A stretch of 61,650 bases of DNA, taken from NCBI RefSeq assembly GCF_006345805.1, contig NW_021832007.1:1-61650 (forward strand). Reading direction: 5' to 3'. Both the position numbers and the translations under genes were made by a program. The notes below the pieces were generated by a model. The model was not told where the DNA came from, ran no database searches, and saw nothing but the letters and a program-made list of their open reading frames with translations. This DNA comes from Octopus sinensis. Taxonomy: Eukaryota. Below, piece by piece: positions 50,804-61,650 of this stretch. Within the stretch, counting starts at the first letter, position 1; each line of letters opens with the position of its first letter.

Positions 50804-50881
50804 CTAAAATATATGTGCGCGACATAGTGATTTCATATGAAGATAAACAGCGCATCACCTTGCAGGTGGGGCCCCAGCTTG

Positions 50882-50905
50882 TAATTATTATTATTATTAT
50901 TATTA

Positions 50906-50966
<61 letters not shown>

Positions 50967-50983
50967 CATCATTATTATTATTA

Positions 50984-51031
<48 letters not shown>

Positions 51032-51095
51032 TATTATTATTATATTTATCATTATTATTATTATTATTATTTTATTATCATTATTATTATATTTA

Positions 51096-51127
<32 letters not shown>

Positions 51128-51799
51128 TTTATTATCATTATTATTATATTTATCATTATTATTATTATTATTATTTCTATTATCATTATTATTATATATT
51201 ATTATTATTATTATTATTATTTTTATTATCATTATTATTATATTTATCATTATTATCATTATTATTATTTTTATTATTATTATTATTATATTTATCATTA
51301 TTATCATTATTATTATTACTATTATTATTATCATTATTATTATTAATATTATTATTATTTTTATTATCATTATTATTATATTTATCATTATTATTATTAT
51401 TATTATTTTTATTATCATTATTATTATATTTATCATTATTATTATTATTATTATTTTTATTATCATTATTATTATATTTATCATTATTATTATTATTATT
51501 ATTTTTATTATCATTATTATTATATTTATCATTATTATCATTATTATTATTACTATTATTATTATCATTTTATTATTACTATTATTATTATCATTTTATT
51601 ATTACTATTATTATTATATATTATTATTATTATATTATTATTATTATTATCATCATTATTATTATTATCATTATTATCATTATTATTATTTTTATTATCA
51701 TTATTATTATATTTATCATTATTATCATTATTATTATTACTATTATTATTATCATTATTATTATTAATATTATTATTAATATTATTATCATTATTATTA

Positions 51800-51839
<40 letters not shown>

Positions 51840-51980
51840 GTTATCATTAGCATTATATTTATCATTAGTATTGTTATTATTATTATTATTATTTTTATTA
51901 TCATTATTATTATATTTATCAGTATTATTATTATTATTATTATTATTACTATTATTATTAATTTTATCACTATCATCATC
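50882..51980. repeat. (TAT)n-derived array of about 1.1 kb with a higher-order unit near 42 bp
   Basis: Recurrent block ttttattatcattattattatatttatcattattatt. It explains the spurious 444-aa ORF. Confidence 0.95.
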
Positions 51981-52349
51981 AGCATTGCCGTCATCATCAA
52001 GGAAATGGGCTGGCATCGTCAAGATGCTTCGCGGCATTTCTTCTTTCTACGAAGTCAGCTTCGCTTATCATCCGTTCGAGGTCGAGAAAATAAGCACCGT
52101 TCAAGTACCGCGTTCGAATTAAACCACTTACTCTTACCTCACAGGGTTTGAAAAGTGTAAATCGTTTAATTAAAATTGTTATTTTTGTTGTTGTTGCTTT
52201 TATTGTTGTTATCAAAGCGGCGAGCAGGTAAAATCGGTAGCTCACTGGTCAAAAGCTCAACAGCAAGCAGTTTTTCAGGATCTTTACATTCTCAATTCAA
52301 ATACAACCGAAATCAATTTTGCCTTTCATACTATGAATGTCTATAAAAT

Positions 52350-52490
52350 GCGCAGTATTGGCTGTGTGGTAAGTAGCTTGCTTATCAACCATATGGTTCT
52401 GGATTCAGTCCCACTGCGTGGCACTTTGGCCAAATGTCTTCCAAAGTCTTGTGAGTGGATTTGGTAGGCGGAAACTGAAAGAAACCTTCG

Positions 52491-52529
<39 letters not shown>

Positions 52530-52540
52530 ATGTGTGTGTG

Positions 52541-52583
<43 letters not shown>

Positions 52584-52790
52584 GTATGAGTGTGTATATG
52601 TATGTGTGTCTCTGTTTATGTCACCGTAACGTAGCGGTTCGGCAAAAGAGACCGATAGACTAAATACTAGGCTTACAAAGAAGAAGGAAGTCCTGGGATC
52701 GATTTCCTCGACTAAAGACGGCGCTCCAGCGTGGCCGCAGTCAAATGACTGAACCAATTAAAAGAGTAAAGATTAAAAAGAGAGAGTAAG
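52350..52790 (+). mobile_element. SINE family R
   Basis: Aligns with 1006-1424, with a short deletion after the CORE-like segment. Confidence 0.85.
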
Positions 52791-53920
52791 TGAGTGCTAG
52801 ATCAAGGCAGCCAAATAGACACTCGCCCTAAAATTGGTAACCTTTTGCTAATACGTGGAACCCCTATTATTTCCACATCATTACCATTATTAATAAAATT
52901 ATCATCAACATCGTTACATCAGCATCTTTATCGTTATGAATATGATCGCCATCATAATTTTCGCTATCCTCAAAATCCTCATTAATCTAATATTGGGTTT
53001 TTTAATGTTTCCTATTATATTTACCTTCTTCTCTCTCCCACCAACCACAATACGACATTAAAGGTAATAAAGCAATAAATTAACTCACCTTTTCCTTTTG
53101 TCTAGAGAAAATCGTAATAATATAAATAATTACGCAATTAAACTAAGACAAAAGCAAAATGATACAGAATAAAATAAAATCAAATTTGTCTTCAAATTCG
53201 TCGAGAATATTTAACATTAATATTAAGAAGGCAAGTCTATTGATTCATTTATTCATGAATTTATAAATGTCGAAAATACATCATTTGCAGCTTACATATT
53301 CTCTCCCTCTGTCTCTCTCTGTCTCTGTCTCTGTATCTCTGTCTCTCTCTGTGTCTTTCTTGTGCGTTTCTGTGTCTATCACGTTCATTTTCTTTGGAAT
53401 TAATCGTTCATTTTCGTTTATTTCTTTTATATTATTTTCCTTCGCCTTGCTATTGCTTATATTTTTTTTCATACTAAATTCATTATTATTATTATTGTTA
53501 TTAATATTTATTACCTATTGTTAGTTTTTCTTCTCTTTTACATCGTTTTAATCGGATTCACAGATTTACTCTTATGGAAAATATTCTTAAGAGCGCACGA
53601 CAAATTTTCCATTCCTACTTTACAGCTATTTTTTTCTGACTTTCTTTTCATTGGCATACAATCTTACATAGAAAATCTCAACTTTACCACCCAACCATCC
53701 ACCCATCCACCCGTACATCGCCCATGATTTCACATTTCACCTATATAAAGTATGCCACATCAAACCAACTTGCATACCATTGCACTTCTGTAAATTAGCA
53801 GAACCAAATAACATTTCTTTAAAAAATAATGAAATTTCTCTTTATATGTAGTATTGTTATTTATACTTATTCTTGTAATAAACTTTGCTAAACGCAAATA
53901 TATACACTATAAATAAGAAG

Positions 53921-54260
53921 GTAAAGACCCCCTTCGGTCATGAATGACCATGGGATTGCACCTAGAAAGTTACCCTCCTAGTCACAAGTCTGGGCAAGGT
54001 TGTTTATGGAAGACCAGCAGTCGCCCATGCATACCAGCCTCCCCTCTCCACGCCACCAGTGTTATCCAAGGGAAAAGCAAAGGGGCCGATACAGCTTGGC
54101 ACCTGTGACGTCGCAACTCATTTCTACAGATGAGTGAACTGGAGCAACGTGAAATAAAGTGCCTTGCTCAAGAACACAACACGCAGCCCGGTCCGGGATT
54201 CGAGCTCACAACCTCACAATCGTAAGCTCGACGCTCTAACCACTGAGCCATGCGCCTTCA
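53921..54260 (-). mobile_element. SINE family C, full length
   Basis: Reverse complement of 49996-50330. Confidence 0.85.
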
Positions 54261-54261
54261 A

Positions 54262-54265
54262 CAAC

Positions 54266-54321
<56 letters not shown>

Positions 54322-54336
54322 TAATAATAATAATGA
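54262..54336. repeat. (AAT)n microsatellite
   Basis: Direct reading of the sequence. Confidence 0.95.
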
Positions 54337-54727
54337 TAAATTGTCAGGCCAGGGAAAAGTGAGCAAAAACCTCGAGAAGTACGTGGAACAAATAGGGGCT
54401 GCAATAAGGGTGTAGCACTTGCAGAAAACAGCACTGATTTTCGAGCACCCCAGAAAGTGCTCGAAAAATAAGAGGAGTTACCTGAGTCCACCGGTGGAGA
54501 ACAACTGAGCAAATGCAATGATAATGATAATAATTCTCTTGTGTTACTTAATTTTTTAATGTACTTATATTTAATGATGCCTAATTAGCTCACAGCTATT
54601 AACATTTTATTATTGCTTAAAATGGCTATATTACGATTAATGATTGTGTTTACTGTAAATGCAAGGCCTGGAATTTAGAGGAGAAAGTCAATTGCGTTTG
54701 GTGCTACTTATATTAACGATACCAGCA

Positions 54728-54872
54728 GTAACTTGGCGATTCGGCAAAAGAGACCGATAGAATAAGTACTAGGCTTACAAAAAATAAGTCCTTGTTGTCG
54801 ATTTGCTCGACTAAAGGGGGTGCTCCAGCATGGCCGCAGTCAAATGACTGAAACAAGTAAAGAGTAAAGAGT
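54728..54872 (+). mobile_element. SINE family R, 3' fragment
   Basis: cggcaaaagagaccgatagaataagtactagg...tgaaacaagtaaagagtaaagag. Confidence 0.85.
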
Positions 54873-55527
54873 TGAGACAGTCACTTCTAAACATTGTTTG
54901 TAGGTTGGTTGAGTTGTCAGAATCATTTTTGTTATCCTTGTGTTGTTATGATAATGAACTCCATTAAAAAACGTCCACTAATAAAATATTTGTTTCTATT
55001 CAGCAGTTGTTTAAGACGTCGTGAATATTTAGAGTTAAGACAAAATACAATTTTATGTTACAATTGAAGAAAACTCATGTTCGTTGAGTATATATTCCAT
55101 TTTAACAACAGGACCTCCACTGAGTTAATATTTATTTTCAACTCCTTTGGTGGTATTCGAACTGTGAAGAAGCATAACTAAGTACTACAACGTAATTTAT
55201 ATCCCAGTCCTCTCTTCATATTCTGCTAAACCACCGCCTATAGAGGCATCAACATATTGAATATCATTAATTAACTTTTAGTTTTTATACGGATAATTCT
55301 AAAAAGTATTAAATAAATTTCTTTTTGGGAATTAATCTAGGATTAAAAGAAGAAAAAAATATAAGTATTAAATATGAGTATTATATTAAAAAATTCCTAC
55401 AGCTGTCATATTTTTTTTTCATTTTATAACGCTTCAGCCATTGACTCTTATATCGGACATTTAGCAAAACTCAGAGTAAATAAATGAACATTTATTTTAA
55501 TTGTGATGTAGTAGATTTTTAAGCATA

Positions 55528-55729
55528 TTACTCTTTACTCTTTACTCTTTTACTTGTTTCAGTCATTTGACTGCGGCCATGCTGGAGCACCGCCTTCTTA
55601 GGACTTATTCTTTATGAAGCGTAGTACTTATTCTATCGGTCTCTTTTGCCGAACCGCTAAGTTACGGGGACGTAAACACACCAGCATCAGTTGTCAAGCG
55701 ATGTTGGGGGGACAAACAGAGACACAAAA

Positions 55730-55766
<37 letters not shown>

Positions 55767-55938
55767 CATATATACGACAGGCTTCTTTCAGTTTCCGTCT
55801 ACCAAATCCACTCACAAGGCTTTGGTCGGCCCGAGGCTATAGTAGAAGACACTTGCCCAAGGTGCCACGTAGTGGGACTGAACCCGGAACCATGTGGTTG
55901 GTAGACAAGCTACTTACCACACAGCCACTCCTACGCCT
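55528..55938 (-). mobile_element. SINE family R, near full length
   Basis: Reverse complement of 1006-1424. Confidence 0.88.
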
Positions 55939-56830
55939 GTCAGTTTCATTGAGATCTGTGCCCCAAAGTTGACCCGACTTTGACCACTGCACCTTTGCTG
56001 AAAAGCTACATATCTAAAAATTCACTGCACAACACGACATTTTGTTTTTTTTATAACATCACAGCATGCAATTGAAATTAGATTTAGTCGGTATTGTAGT
56101 TTCAGTGGTTTAGTAGTTACACTTGGATCTCAATCAGGTTTTTTTTTTAGATATTGAAGAATATGAGAACATCTTCCTTTGTTAGTATACTGCTTTCCGC
56201 TGGTCAGATTCATATAGAGTGTATTCAGTTGGACATTGTACACTCGATAATTGTTGAATCATTCTTATTTCGCTTGGTAATCACACCAGGATTTGTCCAA
56301 CCAAAATAGCATGTGTATACGGCATGCATGAATGTTATACATTTGTCATTTTCCCGTTATATATTGAACTTTTAATGTTTGCGAGTAGAAACACAACTAC
56401 CATATAGTTCTCTATTTCCGCTTCATGCAGTGCTAACTATACTAAGCTTCAAATCACGGACGATTTTCAATGATATATAAACTTCTTTCTCCCAGAAAAC
56501 CCGGGTTGCTAACATCTAGACCCACAGTTTTTAGTTTTTGTAAATAGGGCTGGTGCCTCAGCATAATTGATTGGGAAGAACAGCCGAATAAGCTCCAGTA
56601 CATGTATTTCATTTACCGGAACCGTACTCAAAGCAGAGAGAACAGAGGCAGATAACGTAATGACTTTTGGCCGAAATGTTAACCACTCTGCCACTCCACC
56701 GCCTCATATAGCTAAGGACCAATAGAATGTAATGTTACAACGTATGCTCAGAATTTTTCGTTAAAAAGAATTTAATCAATCTAAGAATATATATCTCTAT
56801 ATTCGATGTATCTATCTATATATATACATA

Positions 56831-57023
56831 CTTTATTTAAAAGCAGCAGAAATGTAACAAAAGCTGTTACTCGAAGTTACACAAAACTCCGACGAACGGG
56901 AACGTGAAACTCCGAGTAACAGCTTTTGTTACATTACTGCTGCTTTTAAATAAAGCATATTACTCTACCTCTGGTATTTGAGTATCTTTGCCACCTTGTT
57001 TCACATTTCTGTGCTTACTCCGG
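56831..57023 (+). mobile_element. Hairpin PLE-type mini element with degenerate hammerhead, next to (TA)n
   Basis: 43-bp arms at 56831-56873 and 56913-56955 (one mismatch). Inner CCGACGA-acg(ggaa)cgt-GAAA-ctc(c)gag-TA. Tail ttactctacctctggtatttgagta resembles the tail at about 31347. Confidence 0.65.
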
Positions 57024-57048
57024 TATATATCTATATATACATACATAT

Positions 57049-57096
<48 letters not shown>

Positions 57097-57099
57097 ATA

Positions 57100-57143
<44 letters not shown>

Positions 57144-57658
57144 CAAATAGATATGAGTATATATATATATATATATGCGTGAGAGAGTGTGTTTTGTGTT
57201 TGTGTGTGGGTACATGTTTGAGTGTGTGTGATTGTGTGTGTGTGTGTTGAAAGATTTGTTCAATGTTGAGCTATGTAGCAACGTACAATCAGGCAATCAT
57301 AGCATGCTTTTCTGCTGAGTATCATCGACAGGAACAACAACAACAACAGCAACAGCAAAACCAAGAACAGCCACAGCACGACTGCCACACCAACAGCCGC
57401 ATTTCAACAGTAAATCTTAGAAAATTATGTACATTATGCTTCTGCAGCCTTTTCAGAAATATTTCGAAATTCATTTACATATTTTTACTTTAGTTGGAGA
57501 TTCTATCTCAATTTTGTATAATAAATAATAATTCTTTGGCGATATTGGACGCAATATATCTTGAGGGAATACCTTCCGGGCAATGTTGCATTTTACAGCG
57601 TCAATAATTGCTTTTAACGTTAGTTTAATTTCTATAATTTTATTTGTGTGTGTGTTGC

Positions 57659-57702
<44 letters not shown>

Positions 57703-57974
57703 GTATATATATGCATAAATATTTATAAATATATATATATATATATATGTTTGGTATATATGTATATATGTATATATGTGTATGTTTGTGTGTGTGTGTG
57801 CACATATGAATGCATGTGTGCATGTGTGTGTATATATACGCCCGGTCACATACACCTACAGACCTTCACTTATACGGGTAGCTGCGTATGTTGGTGAAAA
57901 ATAGAGAGCAAGAGAGAAGGTTGCGAGGACAAGGGGAAGGAAATTACTTAAATATGTACATGACTAGATAAACA

Positions 57975-58029
57975 GGTAGGTAGGTAGGTATGAAGGTAGG
58001 TAGAAAGATAGATAGATAGATAGATAGAG

Positions 58030-58105
<76 letters not shown>
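57975..58105. repeat. (GGTA)n/(GATA)n microsatellite
   Basis: Direct reading of the sequence. Confidence 0.95.
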
Positions 58106-59274
58106 GGAAAAATAGATTCATAGAAGTGTATTCGGGTACGAGACAATGATTATATTTACAGTGCGATGAAGAAGCAGATACAGAGGTAAATAGATATGTA
58201 AATAGAGATGGAGTGAGACCGAAAGAAATATATAAAAGCGGAGTGAGAAAGAGAGAGCCAAGAAGGCAAGGAATTGTAGATTGTTAGACAAAGCAAGAGA
58301 GAGAGAGAGGGAGGAGAGTGACAGTGTATTTGTGCATGTGTGAGGTAGAGAAAGAGAAAATTATAGAAAATATAAGCTGTAAGAAACTGGCGTTAAAATG
58401 TTCGAATTTAACATGCATAGAACTTTAGAAAGAAACGGATGGATTTTGAGACTAAGGAAGAAATATCTATTATGTTAATAACTCAGTTAGCGCACGGAAA
58501 TTTTGGCGAGTGAGAAAGGGAATAATGTACTGAGGTGGAAAGAAAGATGGGTGAACGAGTTATTATGGGAGTCGATAACACATTAAAATTGAAGATGGCC
58601 GACAGATACACAGAGAGAGAGAAAACCAGAGTGGGCTTGAGCTGGTTGGATATAATATAGATATATAAATTGATAGATAGAAGTACTGGTATATAGTCAG
58701 ATTGCCAGACAAATAGATAGATAGAGTGAGATTGATACGTACACATATTTTTGCGTATATATAGAAGTATCGACAAGCAAAAAGAAAGTTAATTGCAGAT
58801 GAAGACGAATAGATGGACAAAGAGGCAAAGAGAAAGATAAGTGGATAGACAAAGGAACGGATTCATAGGTAAATATATCGGAAAACAAATGGAGATGGAC
58901 AGAGACAAAAGTACTGTAATACACATGAATTTAGTTAGCTAGTCATGTACATATATAGATAAATAGACAGCCATTAGGAATGGGTGACTGATAAATATAT
59001 ATTCAGAGATATATAGTCAGATAAATATATATAAATACACGAGGATATAAAATCAGAGATACAGAGACAGAGGGGCATGTATGTGGTTAGGCAGACAGAC
59101 AGGCAGATAGATAGAAAGATAGATAGATATATAGATAAATAGATAGGCATGAAAAGTCAAGGATAGATATATAAATAGAATGTTTACTAGACTGATAAAT
59201 AAATACACAATTAGAACGTTAACTGGAAATATATAAAGATACGCAATCAGAAAAATGACCAGATATTGGTAGCT

Positions 59275-59314
59275 AGGTATAGCTAGCTAGATAGATAGAC
59301 AGGTAGACAGACAA

Positions 59315-59375
<61 letters not shown>

Positions 59376-59530
59376 TAGATAGGTAGATAGATAGATAGAT
59401 TGATAGATAGATAAATAGATAGATAGATAGATAGATAGGTAGACAGAAAGAGAGTTAGATATAGAGAGAAATAGATAAATAGATAGATAGATAGATAAAA
59501 AAACATAGATATATATAGATGAGCAAATGC

Positions 59531-59610
<80 letters not shown>

Positions 59611-59612
59611 GA
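59275..59612. repeat. (GATA)n/(GACA)n microsatellite
   Basis: Direct reading of the sequence. Confidence 0.95.
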
Positions 59613-60350
59613 GGCAAACTATGAATTTAACAAAAAATAATAGTAATATAAAAAAAAGTTTGTGAGATAGAGGAGCAATTTAAAGGACATACTAGCAATA
59701 ATTGGCATATTATGAAAATAGTTACTGTTCAGTGTTTATAAGTGAACGAAAAAGAAAACACTGCAGAAATGAAAATAAAATATAATACAAAGAACAACAA
59801 CATAATAACATACTATTCGAGAAATAAATGCATATAAATATAATTAAATGCATACACACACACACACATATACATACAAACATATATATATATAATATAT
59901 GGATGGATGTATGCATGTAACATAAATAAAATAGTAAACGAAAAGTGAATAACATAATCACTGTTTATTTTCATCAAATTATACATTAATTTATTTATAA
60001 TTGTTCCTTGAAATATTATTTTAGATATAAAATCGTTTTCAACATATTTTCCATTTGATTTCCGGCGATGCACTACGTTTCGTGTCATACTTATGGCAAC
60101 CAAGTCAAATTAGAACTTCTCCAATTTCTTTAAGCATTTTCTCCCTGCAATTTATTTTGTACGCATCCGGTTTCGGCGTATTGTAATGGAATGGGGCCGG
60201 AGGCGATAAGTTTTCAATTCAAAGAACTTGTAGAAAAATTCAAAATCACTAAAAATTTCTCTGCAACCAAACGAAATAATCTTACATGCCTATTTGCATG
60301 TATGTATACATATACTTAGACATATACCTGTATGGATTTATACATACATA

Positions 60351-60383
<33 letters not shown>

Positions 60384-60585
60384 CTACATGGATACGCACA
60401 CATTTTCACACTTATAAATAATACAAATCGAATACTTCCACGTACTTACATAGTTAAATAAATATCCATATACATGTATGTACACATCTTTAGTGTGCAT
60501 ATACACAAACACATGTATATTCATATAATTTATATATTAATATATATATATATATATATAAACATATATATATATTATGCATATG

Positions 60586-60635
<50 letters not shown>

Positions 60636-61118
60636 TATATATACCCATATATATATTCCACCTTGTCAGACATATAAACAGTCTTGCAGCTCATACTCAT
60701 TTTTTACACAGCTACATATATATATCCAAATGGCTTCCAGCTTTTCATTTTTCTGATATACAAAACCGTGTTCAAATATGGAAGCTAAATTTTCACGCAT
60801 ATGTTTCCTCGCACGCAAACTTTTTTTGTCTTGTTCTTTCTGTATATAATATGCATAAATTAACTGTACATTTATGCATATTAATTATATAATGTAGTGT
60901 TTTATTTATTAGTAATTATAATAACATTCTTCCAATGTATTTCTCCCCAAAGTCTTGTTGTTGTTCATGTTTTAACCTAGATTAGCCCTATTCGGGCAGA
61001 ACTAGAAGGAAAATGGATGCTATCCAGACGTATCATTTATTGAACTATAATAGATCCTGTACTTGCATCCAGTAGGGTTTTACCTCTTTATCAATGCTGC
61101 AATATATGAGTTGAGAAA

Positions 61119-61350
61119 GACAGCGAGCTGGCAGAAACGTTAGCACGCCGAGCGAAATGCTCAGCAGTATTTCGTCTGTCGCTACGTTCTGAGTTCAAAT
61201 TCCGCCGAGGTCGACTTTGCCTTTCATCCTTTCGGGGTCGATTAAGTAAGTACCAGTTACGCACTGGTGTCGATATAATCGACTTAAGCCGTTTGTCTGT
61301 CCTTGTTTGCCCTGTCTGTGTGTAGCCCCTTGTTGGTAGTAAAGAAATAG
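61119..61350 (+). mobile_element. SINE family A monomer
   Basis: Head, B box, central domain and tail all recognisable. Confidence 0.9.
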
Positions 61351-61547
61351 GCATTAGAAGAAAGACGTAAAAAGGAAGCTCATGTCCCTAACTGAACAAG
61401 GGATTTCCATCAGCTATTCTTAAAATGAACACCCATGCGCGCACACAATCATACGGATATATTTGAGTGCATATGTATTTGTATGTATGTACGTACGTAT
61501 CTATATAGGTACGTATACGTGCATGTATGTACGTATGTCTTTTTCAA

Positions 61548-61650
61548 TGAAGGCACATGGCTCAGTGGTTAGATCGTCGAGCTGACAATCGTGAGGTTGT
61601 TAGCTCGAATCCCTGACTGTGCTGCGCGTTGTGTTCTTGAGCAAGACACT
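61548..61650 (+). mobile_element. SINE family C 5' end, cut by the window edge
   Basis: tgaaggcacatggctcagtggttag...gtgttgtgttcttgagcaagacact. Confidence 0.85.

Noticed and set aside
50788-52122. Longest ORF (444 aa)
   Set aside because: It is a translation of a (TAT)n array into poly-I/L/Y, with no domain-like sequence.

Overview
This is AT-rich eukaryotic non-coding DNA saturated with microsatellites. The SINE families resemble those I recognise from Octopus (cephalopod) genomes, but that assignment is an inference. I can support no intact protein-coding gene; nearly all listed ORFs are microsatellite translations. The window holds many copies of three or four tRNA-derived SINE families, one of which forms 184-bp multimers. 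It also holds CR1-like, RTE-like and probable L1/Tx1-like LINE 3' fragments, two mariner remnants, a non-autonomous Helitron and several MITE/foldback elements. The most striking signal is a set of sequence-unrelated short elements sharing one architecture: (TA)n, an inverted arm, a unit or tandem units carrying a type I hammerhead ribozyme with palindromic helix III, a tail, then (TA)n. Clear hammerhead folds occur at 9886-9990, 21587-21631, 21928-21972 and 31274-31326, with a degenerate one at 56881-56929. This fits non-autonomous Penelope-like or retrozyme-like elements targeting TA microsatellites. Several unique segments (about 8.1-8.9 kb, 39.8-40.8 kb and 41.3-42.7 kb) look like decayed membrane-protein, possibly GPCR, coding sequence, at low confidence.
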